Shown piece by piece: positions 11,430 through 20,000 of a DNA stretch of 20,000 bases (positions are counted from its first letter, which is position 1; every line of letters begins with the position of its first letter). The DNA is from Cirrosporium novae-zelandiae (lineage: Eukaryota): assembly GCA_026023565.1 (NCBI GenBank), contig JAPETS010000012.1, positions 743,116 to 763,115 on the forward strand, given 5' to 3'. The notes under the pieces are model-generated. The model was given only the letters and a program-made list of their open reading frames with translations, searched no databases and was not told where the DNA came from. The translations under genes and the position numbers were made by a program.

Positions 11430-12330
11430 ACAGTCAAGCCTCTACAAAATCTATGCATCGAAAAGAATGGTAATGGAGAGATTGATATAGACTACACGTC
11501 AAAAGAGATGGCTCAGTTGGTTGATCAAACTTTAACCTCAAAGAAGGGACCACCCCCGAGTCTCCATGTTCTATTCCAGAGACAGAAGAGGGTTTCGATG
11601 GCGAATGATTGGTTACTCCCAGTGACATTGACCGCTGGCTATTCCTACAAAGTAATGTTAATCCCTCTTCTCCTTTCTTGGTAGTTCATATTCCCCGGTC
11701 CAACAAGACAAGGCTCCTTCCTTTGAGGTACCTGAACTGCCATGACAAAGCAATATCCACCACTACTCTCATTAACGCATCTTCTTCTCATCACCCGCAA
11801 CCATGCACCAGCCATACCCTACATAAAAACCCCCAATAATCACAAGGCGTACACCCCAAATCCATGACACTAAACATCTCATCCCATCTCGAAATCCAGA
11901 ATTCTGTAGCCCAAAGGCCTCGGAATTCCACCCGGAGATATGGTAAACGAGATTATACGCCTAATACATTGATCATCTATCAACAGGGCTAATGCATGGT
12001 CACATGTTAAGCCTTAGGCAAGAGTCCAGAGGTAAAACGGAAGGCTGGGACAAACGCCAGGAGTCAGTGACAGACCAACTCTGATCGGATCCTGCCAAAG
12101 GACGGTCTTGAAATTTTGGTTTTGCTGCCTTCGTGGTGACAGAGCCTTCTTAAGTTCCTAATGATGCTTGGTATGCAAAGAAATGTCATTCATTGAAACC
12201 TAAATTGTTGTCTCACACCTATAATTGACTGTGTTACTTTGGATCGGCCTTGGACGAGAATTGGTGCTAGTTTGTCTCATTCGGATTATCAAGAACACCA
12301 AAAACAACGAACGGATTGCCTGAATAAAGA
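11430..12330 (+). pseudogene. Degenerate cytochrome P450 relic (C-terminal half), multiple frameshifts and stops; boundaries approximate
   Basis: Collinear P450-like fragments in changing frames: LVDQTLT (11517-11537, I-helix start), PE-/QKR (11576-11591), LPLRYLNC../YPP (11717-11762, K-helix region), RNPEFCSPKASEFHPEIW (11890-11943, PERF/W region), intron-like GTAAAC..GCTAAT..TAG (11943-12017), NFGFAAF/GDRAFLS (12112-12155, decayed FxxGxRxCxG). Confidence 0.55.
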
Positions 12331-12536
12331 ATGTTTCATTTTTATTGAAATTCCTAGGTTAAGAAATACAGTTTCGTTTATTCCCGCCTGCTAATCCCAG
12401 ACTCTCGTGCTATCGTAACAATGCAACGCAACAAGCATAAGCTACTGTGACAGGTAGATAGGTAATAAGGTAAATAAAGCAAATGTAGGGGGGAAGGTAG
12501 GTGGAGGTAGGTGGAGGGGCAGTTGCTCTGGCCCAT

Positions 12537-13931
12537 TTAGAACTTTGATGCAAAGTCTGTCTGGTCCAAGGTGCTCTTCCGACTAGGTGGATACCTAGAT
12601 GCGAAGTCTTGCCCATCCATGGTGCTCTTCCTGCTTGGAGGCAGGTGAATTGCCTCTCTAGAGTACCTCCTGCCATTGCTGTTGAGGTTCTCCTGGTTCT
12701 TTTTACTCATCGAATATCGTTTGATGTTGCCATTACTGGTGATCTTGCCATTTGATTCCATGCTGATCTGGACTCTGTTTATGACCTCGGCAACCCTATC
12801 GTGCAATGGATGGTCTTTCTCTAACCCGCAAACTTCCTCTGCAATCTCATCTGGATTTTGCGTCTCCAGCTTCTTTGCAAGCTCAAAGCTCTCATCATCG
12901 CCTTCCACGTTCTGGAATCGGAATCCCATTTCAATGCAGCCCAGTAAGTACTCGCATTGTAAGCCCATTTCTGCCAATTGAGCAGCTGGTGCTACAAATC
13001 GCTCCCTCCTTGAGAGCTTTCTCATTGGTTCTCGACCAACTCGAGGGATCATGTCTGCAAGGTAGGGATTGGAGATACGAGTAATGATCTTATCGATGTA
13101 TGTGTTTTGATCTTCTGCGGTGATGCCAAATTTATTGACAATGAGATGTGCCGTCTCCTCTACCGCTTTGCGGATCAGTTCACGAAGTTCGAAAAGCTCA
13201 AGAACTTGATGAACCACCGTAAACCCTCTCACATGGCCGTAATATGCTGCCGCAGTGTGGCTGGTATTGACAGTAAAGAGCTTGCGCTCAATGAAGGGTG
13301 CTAGATCATCAACCCACTTGACAGCATCGATCTTTGGGTGGCCAAATGGCTCGAAAGGAGGTGCCTCGACAACCCATTCGTAGAAGGCCTCGATTTGCAC
13401 ATCGAGACCCTGGTCCGAACCTTGGGCTGGGACAATACGGTCAATTGCTGAGTTGGCAAAACGAGCTCGTTCATGAATCGACGTCACTCGTTGTGCTGAG
13501 ATGTCTTTGGTGTAGAAATCCTTGATAAAGCCAGCCAAGGTATCTGTGGCATTGATTGCGTTCTCGCATGCAATGACGGCCAATGGGACTTGGGCTGTGC
13601 GCTTATCGATACCCTTAGCAATGAGTGGAGCAATGAACTTCAAGATTCTTGGTCCCACTGCGCAGGTGACGACGGCAGCTTTGGAGATCTCTTCAATCAC
13701 ATCATTCTCGTGCGTCTTGGAATTTAAAGCACGGTAGTTTGTGATTGTTTTGACATCCTCGCCTTCGGAGCTAATTTCAATGACCCGGTAGCTTTTGGTG
13801 CTGTTCAGATCGTCAATGACCTTGTCAACGACATCGACGAAGACGACCTCAAATCCAGAGAGATGGAGAAACTCTGCAACAAACCCCCGGCCGATGTTGC
13901 CACCTCCGAACTGAACAGCTATAGGTGCCAT
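12537..13931 (-). CDS. mpdA: Mannitol-1-phosphate 5-dehydrogenase (M1PDH), 464 aa, intronless, with a 76-aa C-terminal extension
   Basis: Starts [22 protein letters not shown] (Rossmann fold); [36 protein letters not shown] (catalytic Lys region) and [16 protein letters not shown] are typical of fungal MpdA/bacterial MtlD. First ATG at 13931 (the ORF track starts at an upstream GTG). Confidence 0.95.
   Translation of the reverse strand: MAPIAVQFGGGNIGRGFVAEFLHLSGFEVVFVDVVDKVIDDLNSTKSYRVIEISSEGEDVKTITNYRALNSKTHENDVIEEISKAAVVTCAVGPRILKFIAPLIAKGIDKRTAQVPLAVIACENAINATDTLAGFIKDFYTKDISAQRVTSIHERARFANSAIDRIVPAQGSDQGLDVQIEAFYEWVVEAPPFEPFGHPKIDAVKWVDDLAPFIERKLFTVNTSHTAAAYYGHVRGFTVVHQVLELFELRELIRKAVEETAHLIVNKFGITAEDQNTYIDKIITRISNPYLADMIPRVGREPMRKLSRRERFVAPAAQLAEMGLQCEYLLGCIEMGFRFQNVEGDDESFELAKKLETQNPDEIAEEVCGLEKDHPLHDRVAEVINRVQISMESNGKITSNGNIKRYSMSKKNQENLNSNGRRYSREAIHLPPSRKSTMDGQDFASRYPPSRKSTLDQTDFASKF
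12540..12641 (-). repeat. Coding tandem duplication, 2 x 51 nt ([17 protein letters not shown] / [17 protein letters not shown])
   Basis: Copy 1 12641-12591, copy 2 12590-12540; 12 of 17 aa identical. Confidence 0.92.
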
Positions 13932-14059
13932 TCTGGGTGTTTCTGTGGAAGAGAGAATGGACAAAGATGCGGTGACTCGGTAGATAAATGGCCTATCCAC
14001 CCAATGACCGAACAGCTTCTGTCGAAGTTGTAGTTGTATACCGATGAAAGTGTAGAGGG

Positions 14060-14165
14060 TTAAGAGGAAGAGGGTGGATGGATGGATGGATGGGTGTAGT
14101 TAAGGGGAAGAAGGGGAAGTAAAAGGTTGACGAAAGGGAAAGAGAAAGGAAAAAAGAGGAAGAAG
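14060..14165 (-). promoter_or_regulatory. Pyrimidine-rich (CT-box) core promoter/5' leader tract of M1PDH
   Basis: Long purine-rich run on the plus strand (CT-rich on minus) 130-235 bp upstream of the ATG, typical of filamentous-fungal core promoters; includes a (GGAT)n run. Confidence 0.5.
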
Positions 14166-14747
14166 CTTTGTATTAAAGAATGCGCGTTTGGGTGTGCTCC
14201 TACTGATGAGCCTACTGAACTACGTCTCACGGGAAGAACGAAGTGGGGGGTCACGATGTCTATTTTCCATGTTTCTTTTCGTACAACATTGATTTACAAC
14301 TGACTGTACCAACGTACTTTAGCTATTAACTTGGCCTATCATCAAACATCCCAATTTATCGAACGAGGGGGGTCGTCAGAGGCTTTTTTCGGCTTCACTC
14401 TGGTTCGTTCCAGATGGAGGAACCTTGAATCTTTTAGGTAGTTACCATAGTCACCGTAGTCACCGTAGCTATCTGATGCAGTTTACTTGTTGAGCATAGT
14501 CGCTTGGAAAAGTCACGATGAATGAAAGAAGGCAGGAATGAATGAATGAAGACATGCAAAAGACCAGGACCCATTAAAGCCCCAGAAGCCCCAGGAAAGC
14601 TCAAATGGAACCTGGCACTGCCCCTCAATTTTTTATCATAATTACTTGTGGTAGCCCCGCAGTAATAAAAGTCGGATAATATGAAAAGATCAAGCATTGG
14701 ATCATTAGACCATTGGACTATCAGATCAGTACTTTTAGGAAGATGAC

Positions 14748-14805
14748 TAGGATGATTTTCCAGGATGATTTTCCAGGATGATTTTCCAGGATGATTTTCT
14801 AGGAT
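14748..14805. repeat. 13-bp minisatellite (YAGGATGATTTTC) x ~4.5
   Basis: Units at 14748, 14761, 14774, 14787 and a partial unit at 14800-14805. Confidence 0.95.
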
Positions 14806-15167
14806 ATGAAGTCATAGCCTTTTTTCAATCACCCTTCAGGCTTTTTTCTATGCCCTCATAATTTCTTCGGCTTATTTGGGGGGGTACTAAGCAAAGCGAG
14901 GGGGGCATTTGAAATTGAAATTAGACTACCATTAATTATTCCTAATCAAGTTAACTTCCTTTTGTTGAATGGCCCATCGGCTTCATTCCCATAAACAAGT
15001 CTAAAGTCCGAAAGGCCAACTCTTCTACTCTCGCTGCATCTAACGAACTTTGCTCATAGATATACTCCAACTCCGTCTTCGGTACAATTCTTCAAGGTTC
15101 TCAACAAATACTACCTCAACTATCATCGTCATTGGCTGTTGTTTTATACACAACTAATTCGCTATCC

Positions 15168-15259
15168 TAGACATGTAGACATAGACATATAGACATATAG
15201 AGAGAAAGAGAGAAAAAGAAAAAAAAAGAGAGTGAGACAGAGAGAGAGAGAGAGAGAGA
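15168..15259. repeat. Compound low-complexity tract: TAGACA(TA)-type repeats, A-rich run and (AG)10
   Basis: Read directly; (AG)10 at 15239-15258. Confidence 0.85.
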
Positions 15260-16104
15260 ATAGGGCTTACATTAATCCCATGTACTGTACCTACATAAAT
15301 ACAATGCAACTACTTGTACTTGCTCTGCTCTGCTTCACGGAAAATATTCAACACCCACTCTCCCTGAATCACTAGAGTCCATCCACCCATGGTCCCGATA
15401 AATCATCGTGAAGTTTTTTTTATTAATTTTACCATCTAATTCCAATGTCTTCCTTTCCTGCGTTTTGTTGCTCACCGTCGCCGTCGGGATCGGCATGTTG
15501 GTAACAAGTCACGAACCCAAAGGACCCCATCCATGGACGCCCAACTGTTGAGGTACAGCATTAACACACACAGAACCCATAGGACCACAGAACCACGTTC
15601 TGCATCAACTCCCCTCCCTTCCCCAAATTTACCCTGCAGATAGAGATGCGCCATATCCCGGCGAAACCAAACGCATAGGCAAAAATCAAAATCCATGTTA
15701 ACGAATCACAAAGTACAATTTGCTTAATTGGGTATCCTAGTCAGTCCGGAGTGCATGAAGCTTCATCTCATCCAACTCACGCCTATTGCTACCAAGTATT
15801 TCACATGCATCAAATCATAAATCAGTGACAGCCATTAATTTCTTGCATATCCAGCCCTTATCGTGCTATGGTATCGTCCCCGCAAACTCCCGCTAAAAAA
15901 AAGCGAAGGCCTCCATGCAGCCCCATATGGGGTAATTATCAACAGTCCGAGGGGTAACCATGTGCTTCTAGATCATCATCCAAAAGAATCAGCCCGCCAT
16001 TCCCCGTACCACCAATTTAGGACCTAAAATCCAGCTTGCCAGCGTTTGCTTCGGCGAGGCCTTGGAGCAGAACAAACGGATTTCGGTCAACTGGTTTGGA
16101 TTCC

Positions 16105-17087
16105 TTAGAGTCTGCCTTCTTTTCCATCCCGCACATATGTCTTTCGTTTCTTTCGTCCAGCACAGCAGTCCAAGACCCAGCCCATAGCTGCTATTAGCAT
16201 CAAAGCCGTGGCGGCCCAAGTCATACCGAGGAACTTGTTCCCCTTGGTAGCTGAGATGCTAATGTCATCGCCATACTTGTTAACGGCATCCACCACCTTG
16301 ACTACCACGACCGTGACAATCGCCGAAGCAATGCCCAAACCTAAGAATGCGATCTGGAATATGCGTTAGATTATGGTCTTAGAAGTCAGGTCATATTCTC
16401 AGTTGCTGGAACTTACCAGAGCAAGAATGAAGTTAACAAAAGCAATCAAACGCCCATCTATAATCACTGCCGCAATACTTGCGAGCACAGATATTCCTGC
16501 CGCCGCGATTCCAATGCAATAGAGCACAAAGAGTGCTTTTGAAGCTGTCTTGACGTCTTGGATTTTGTCATCAATATCATCTGGCCAGTCCAGATCTGTC
16601 AGATTTATTCCAGACGTCAACTCCGAGCTAAGAATATCACTGGGGTCGAAATGATAGAAGGCCGTCGTGTTGGAGCATTTGGTCACATTCTTATGGCTGT
16701 CCTTGACGGTCGCGTTTGGTTCGAAGTAGCCTTCGCAATAATCAAGCAGATGGGCACTATAAAAATCATGGATGCCAAGCTCCGCTGTAATGTCATCCAC
16801 CACATCATTAATTTCATCAGTTATAGCATCGCCGATCGCAGATGTGATTGAGGACAAAAGACCGTCGGATGATGAGTTACTTGAGTTACTCGATACATGT
16901 CCGAGCATCGACACATTAAGCTATCAAGGTCAGTGTTTCTAGCTTGCTCATAGGGAGGAAGACCACTAACAGTCAACAGATCACCATTCTCGATAAAATT
17001 GCGCTTCGAACCAGCGAACAAGCAGAGCATAGAAAGAATAAACGCTGCTACGGCACAAAGAAGTGGGAAAATTGCAATCAACCTCAT
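16105..17087 (-). CDS. SUR7/PalI-family (Pun1-like) plasma-membrane protein, ~289 aa; exons 17087-16971, 16920-16417, 16353-16105
   Basis: N-terminal TM helix ending LCLFAG; large extracellular loop with the claudin-like motif GIHDFYSAHLLDYCEG, a second Cys (VTKCS) and N-glycosylation sequons; three further TM helices, 'GNKFLGMTWAA', then DCC and a basic tail. Introns 16970-16921 (GTTAGT..CTGAC..TAG) and 16416-16354 (GTAAGT..CTAAC..CAG), both phase 0. Confidence 0.9.
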
Positions 17088-18253
17088 GGCTGCGGTTGAT
17101 CAGCTCAGTTTGCTAGAGGAGTGTTGGCCAAATTCTCAGACCAGGATTGGGGATTTAAACAGCTCTGGGTTATTCAGAGTGAATATCGTTGGAGTTAGCC
17201 ACTGTAAAGACAATGTTATCCTGATTCGGCGAAATGATTAGATTCAGGATAAGTGATGAGTTTAGTGAAGAAAATTTAATGGCAGAGTTGAATTATTGTA
17301 CGATACAGAAGAGGCTGGATTTGTACTTGGAGCTGCCAGCCACTGGCATTGTCAAAGCAAGTTCTCTACCTTGTCAATTCCCTTGCCAACACCAGCAAAG
17401 ACCAATTCATAAATGAGAGGTCAACAGCACTGCAGATCTTTACGACGCTTCGCTTTGTTTATCCAAGCAAAGTTGGCGGTTAGTAGCCGTGGCAGCCAAA
17501 TCAGGTTTCCAGGTTGATGCTGTGTTGATGGCTTTTATTGCAAACGCAACAACTGTTGCGTCATAAAGGAACAGTTTCATCATCCAAGCTCCAATCCATG
17601 TCCTTACCCCTGTATTGGCTATTTGGCTTCGCGTATCGCTATCTTGAAACCGGCCATTCCCGAATTATAATCATCTCTCTCTCAATTCCTGGTCGATCCT
17701 GGTCGATCCTGGTCTATTCCTCAGGCATCCAGATCTTTGTTTTAATTCTTTCTATTTGACCATCATCTTCACCATCATCATCATAACCTCCTCAAGTCCC
17801 AAATTGCTCATTCAGTCCATTGCTAGCGTTGCAATCATTGTGGACCATTTAACAAGGCTTTCAGCCATACAATGCTTTCGTAATGCAATGATACGGTGGC
17901 ATCTTTCGTAGACTTGTTATTCTGAAGTCTCTTTGGTTCTTTGAGTCACCGTATTCGGCACACGATACTCGACTAATCATCTAGAATTTTGAAGAGTGAC
18001 TCAATTCTTCTTACCGCTTAGGACCAACTATTGAAGTATAATGAAGTTTTTTTTTGAACAGCCACAGTACGAAGCCGAGGCTATGCAACCATCCATCTCA
18101 ATGTCTTGGATCTCACTCCACTGTCCTTGGAGATTGGACTATCTACCAATGATAACTCATGTAGATTCTAACCTTGACAATGTTGGAAGCCCCAATACAG
18201 AAAACTCCACAAGCAGAATTTCCTATTCAACATCATCATCATAATCATCAGTA

Positions 18254-19220
18254 TCACAGCTTGGAATCCACCCATTTGGGCTTCCTCTTTTCTACGAATG
18301 CACGTATGCCCTCCTTCATATTCTCACCAGCCTGTAGTCGCACATACCAATCATTTTGAAGCAATTGAGTCCCTTCGTCTGCCCCAACTCCCTCCCAACC
18401 TAGCTTAACCCCCTCTCTACTCACGATGACAGCATCAGGGCTATTCGCGGCAACCAGATCAGCCATATCCACAGCCGCCTTGACGACATCCTCTCCCTCC
18501 CCAACAATCCTATTAACAAACCCCCACTCCATGGCCTCTTGCGCCTTGACGCTCCTCCCCGTCAACGCCATCTCCATGGCCCTTTGCTTTCCAACCGTCC
18601 TCACAAGTCTAGGAAGCGCACCCGCAATGGCCACCACTCCGATCTTAACCTCTGAAAACGCAAACGTCGCCGTCGAACTCGCAATCACCATATCGGAATT
18701 AACCACAATCTCGCAACCACCCCCATAGGCAATGCCATTCACAGCAGCAATAACCGGCTTCTTCCCACCACGTCTGGAGAGGCCTCCAAAACCCGACGCG
18801 GGCATCGGTCGTGTATTCGAAGATCGATTCTGAGCATCCCATTCTATTATTCCCGAAAGAGAAAAACAAAAGTCAGTATTCGCAACTCCATCTCGTCATC
18901 ATGTCCCACAAAACTACAATTCCAAAAAAAAAAAACCGAAGAGCAAGAGAAAAAGAGAAATCACAATTGTACAAACCTTTCAAATCCGCCCCCGCACAAA
19001 ACGCGCGCCCCGCACCCGTGACTATCCCCACCCGCAGACTCGGCTCGGCATCCATCCATGTCCAGAGCGCATCGAGCTCATAGTGACCCTGAATATTAAT
19101 GCAATTGAACGATGACGGGCGGTTTAGAGTCGCAAGCAATATATGGGGTTTGGGGAAGGAGACCGTGACGTAGGTTTGTGGTGGTGGTGGGGTTTGAGTG
19201 GAGGGGGAGGTGGAAGACAT
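18254..19220 (-). CDS. Peroxisomal enoyl-CoA hydratase/isomerase (crotonase family, CaiD/SidH-like), ~277 aa; exons 19220-18977, 18843-18254
   Basis: Crotonase motifs TLNRP, RAFCAGADLKE, KPVIAAVNGIAYGGGCE, FSEVKIG (both catalytic-position Glu present), AFVEKRKPKW; C-terminal PTS1 -SKL. Intron 18976-18844 (GTTTGT..CTGAC..TAG, 133 nt) restores the frame (834 nt). Confidence 0.93.
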
Positions 19221-19447
19221 TGTTGTTATGGATATGGGTGAATAGGTAGGTTGGTTGGTTATACAATACAAGCCAAGCCAAGCCAAAAAAAAAAAAAGGT
19301 AAGAATTCTTTTAAACTGCTATGAAGGCGGGGAAGTTTCTTTTTCTTTTTTTTATAACCACTTTTATTCCCTCCCAAATCAATATTGTGAATAACCGACA
19401 CCCCGAAGCAGGGAATAGAATAGGGAATAGTAATCATATAAGTAAGT

Positions 19448-19556
19448 AATCAATCAATCAATCAATCATACAAGTTCGCATTCACATTCATATGCATCAT
19501 CATCATCATCATCATCTCCTTCCCTCCTTCCTTCCAACACATACATACATACATAC
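19448..19556. repeat. Microsatellite cluster: (AATC)5, (CAT)7, (CATA)4
   Basis: 19448-19467, 19495-19515 and 19540-19555, read directly. Confidence 0.85.
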
Positions 19557-19629
19557 CTCTACGTACGTACAGTACAGTACATAACACAGAGCTAGGGGGG
19601 GTCGGGGGGAGAATTCACCTAGCAGAGAG

Positions 19630-19635
19630 CCTCGG
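19630..19635. promoter_or_regulatory. Candidate FarA/FarB element CCTCGG upstream of the enoyl-CoA hydratase
   Basis: CCTCGG ~410 bp upstream of the ATG of an SKL-bearing beta-oxidation-type enzyme. Confidence 0.45.
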
Positions 19636-19770
19636 CACAAATTCTAATTTAATTAACCGAAGAGCTCCCTTTCTCTTCCTTTTCCTTTTCCTTAGTTCAA
19701 GATCAAGATCATTTAATCACATCCATACCAAATATAAGAGATTTCATTTCTATAAAATTTCGGGATTTTG

Positions 19771-19826
19771 TATGTATGTATGTATGTATGTATGTATGTA
19801 TGTATGTATGTATGTATGTATGTATG
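19771..19826. repeat. (TATG)14 microsatellite
   Basis: 56 nt of perfect tetranucleotide repeat. Confidence 0.97.
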
Positions 19827-20000
19827 GGATGTGAGGTATAGTATGTAAGCTAATTGGGGTTTGCTTATATAGATAGGTAGTTAAACGGAACATATATCTG
19901 CGAAGCCCTCACCCAGACACTGCCGCCCTAGCAGGGTGAGTTGGATAGTGCACGTGACCTCTCGCGCGACCCTCACCCTCTTCTTTTCCCATCGTCCTTT

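Noticed and set aside
11457..11495. EF-hand-like peptide IEKNGNGEIDIDY
   Set aside because: Lacks canonical Asp1 and Glu12 and has no start codon; better explained as part of the P450 relic or chance.
13932..14000. 23-aa N-terminal extension of M1PDH in the ORF track (MDRPFIY..)
   Set aside because: It begins at GTG, not ATG; the ATG at 13931 matches the family's normal N-terminus just before the GGGNIG motif.
14748..14805. CRISPR-like array
   Set aside because: Contiguous 13-bp units with no spacers in a eukaryotic genome; a minisatellite.
15472..15696. 74-aa minus-strand ORF between M1PDH and the SUR7-family gene
   Set aside because: No recognisable domain, atypical composition, no supporting splice structure.
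726..18256. Stop-codon read-through producing cryptic PTS1 signals
   Set aside because: None of the five stop codons has the TGA-CTA read-through context (TAA ATA, TAA CCA, TAA ATG, TAA GGA, TGA TAC).
19221..19286. Upstream extension of the hydratase ORF (MAWLGLYC..)
   Set aside because: Non-ATG start within repeat-rich leader sequence; the ATG at 19220 has good context (ACA ATG).
19540..19826. (CATA)4 and (TATG)14 as terminal inverted repeats of a MITE
   Set aside because: Both are common simple repeats; no target-site duplication or unique terminal sequence.
19951..19968. GTCACGTG (Cbf1-type E-box) next to CGCGCG
   Set aside because: Plausible promoter elements, but the likely target gene may lie beyond the window and single short motifs cannot be supported.

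Overview
Filamentous-ascomycete (Pezizomycotina, probably Eurotiomycetes-like) genomic DNA with short GT-AG introns. The minus strand carries six intact genes: an intron-containing tRNA-Ile(AAT), a TMEM135-like membrane protein (4 exons), full-length TOR kinase (4 exons, ~2386 aa), an intronless mannitol-1-phosphate 5-dehydrogenase (M1PDH), a SUR7/PalI-family membrane protein (3 exons) and a peroxisomal (-SKL) enoyl-CoA hydratase/isomerase (2 exons). I see no mobile element, CRISPR array or clear novel multi-gene system. Best leads: (1) M1PDH has an unusual 76-aa C-terminal tail with a duplicated 17-aa unit diverged largely at synonymous sites, four PKA-type phosphosite motifs and a terminal -SKF (possible PTS1); (2) a heavily decayed cytochrome P450 relic on the plus strand between TOR and M1PDH that the ORF track misses; (3) a complex TOR 5' end (in-frame upstream ATG, overlapping uORF, intron-like signals); (4) a loose peroxisome/fatty-acid theme with CCTCGG (FarA/FarB-type) sites. 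Family assignments come from motif recognition by eye, not database searches.
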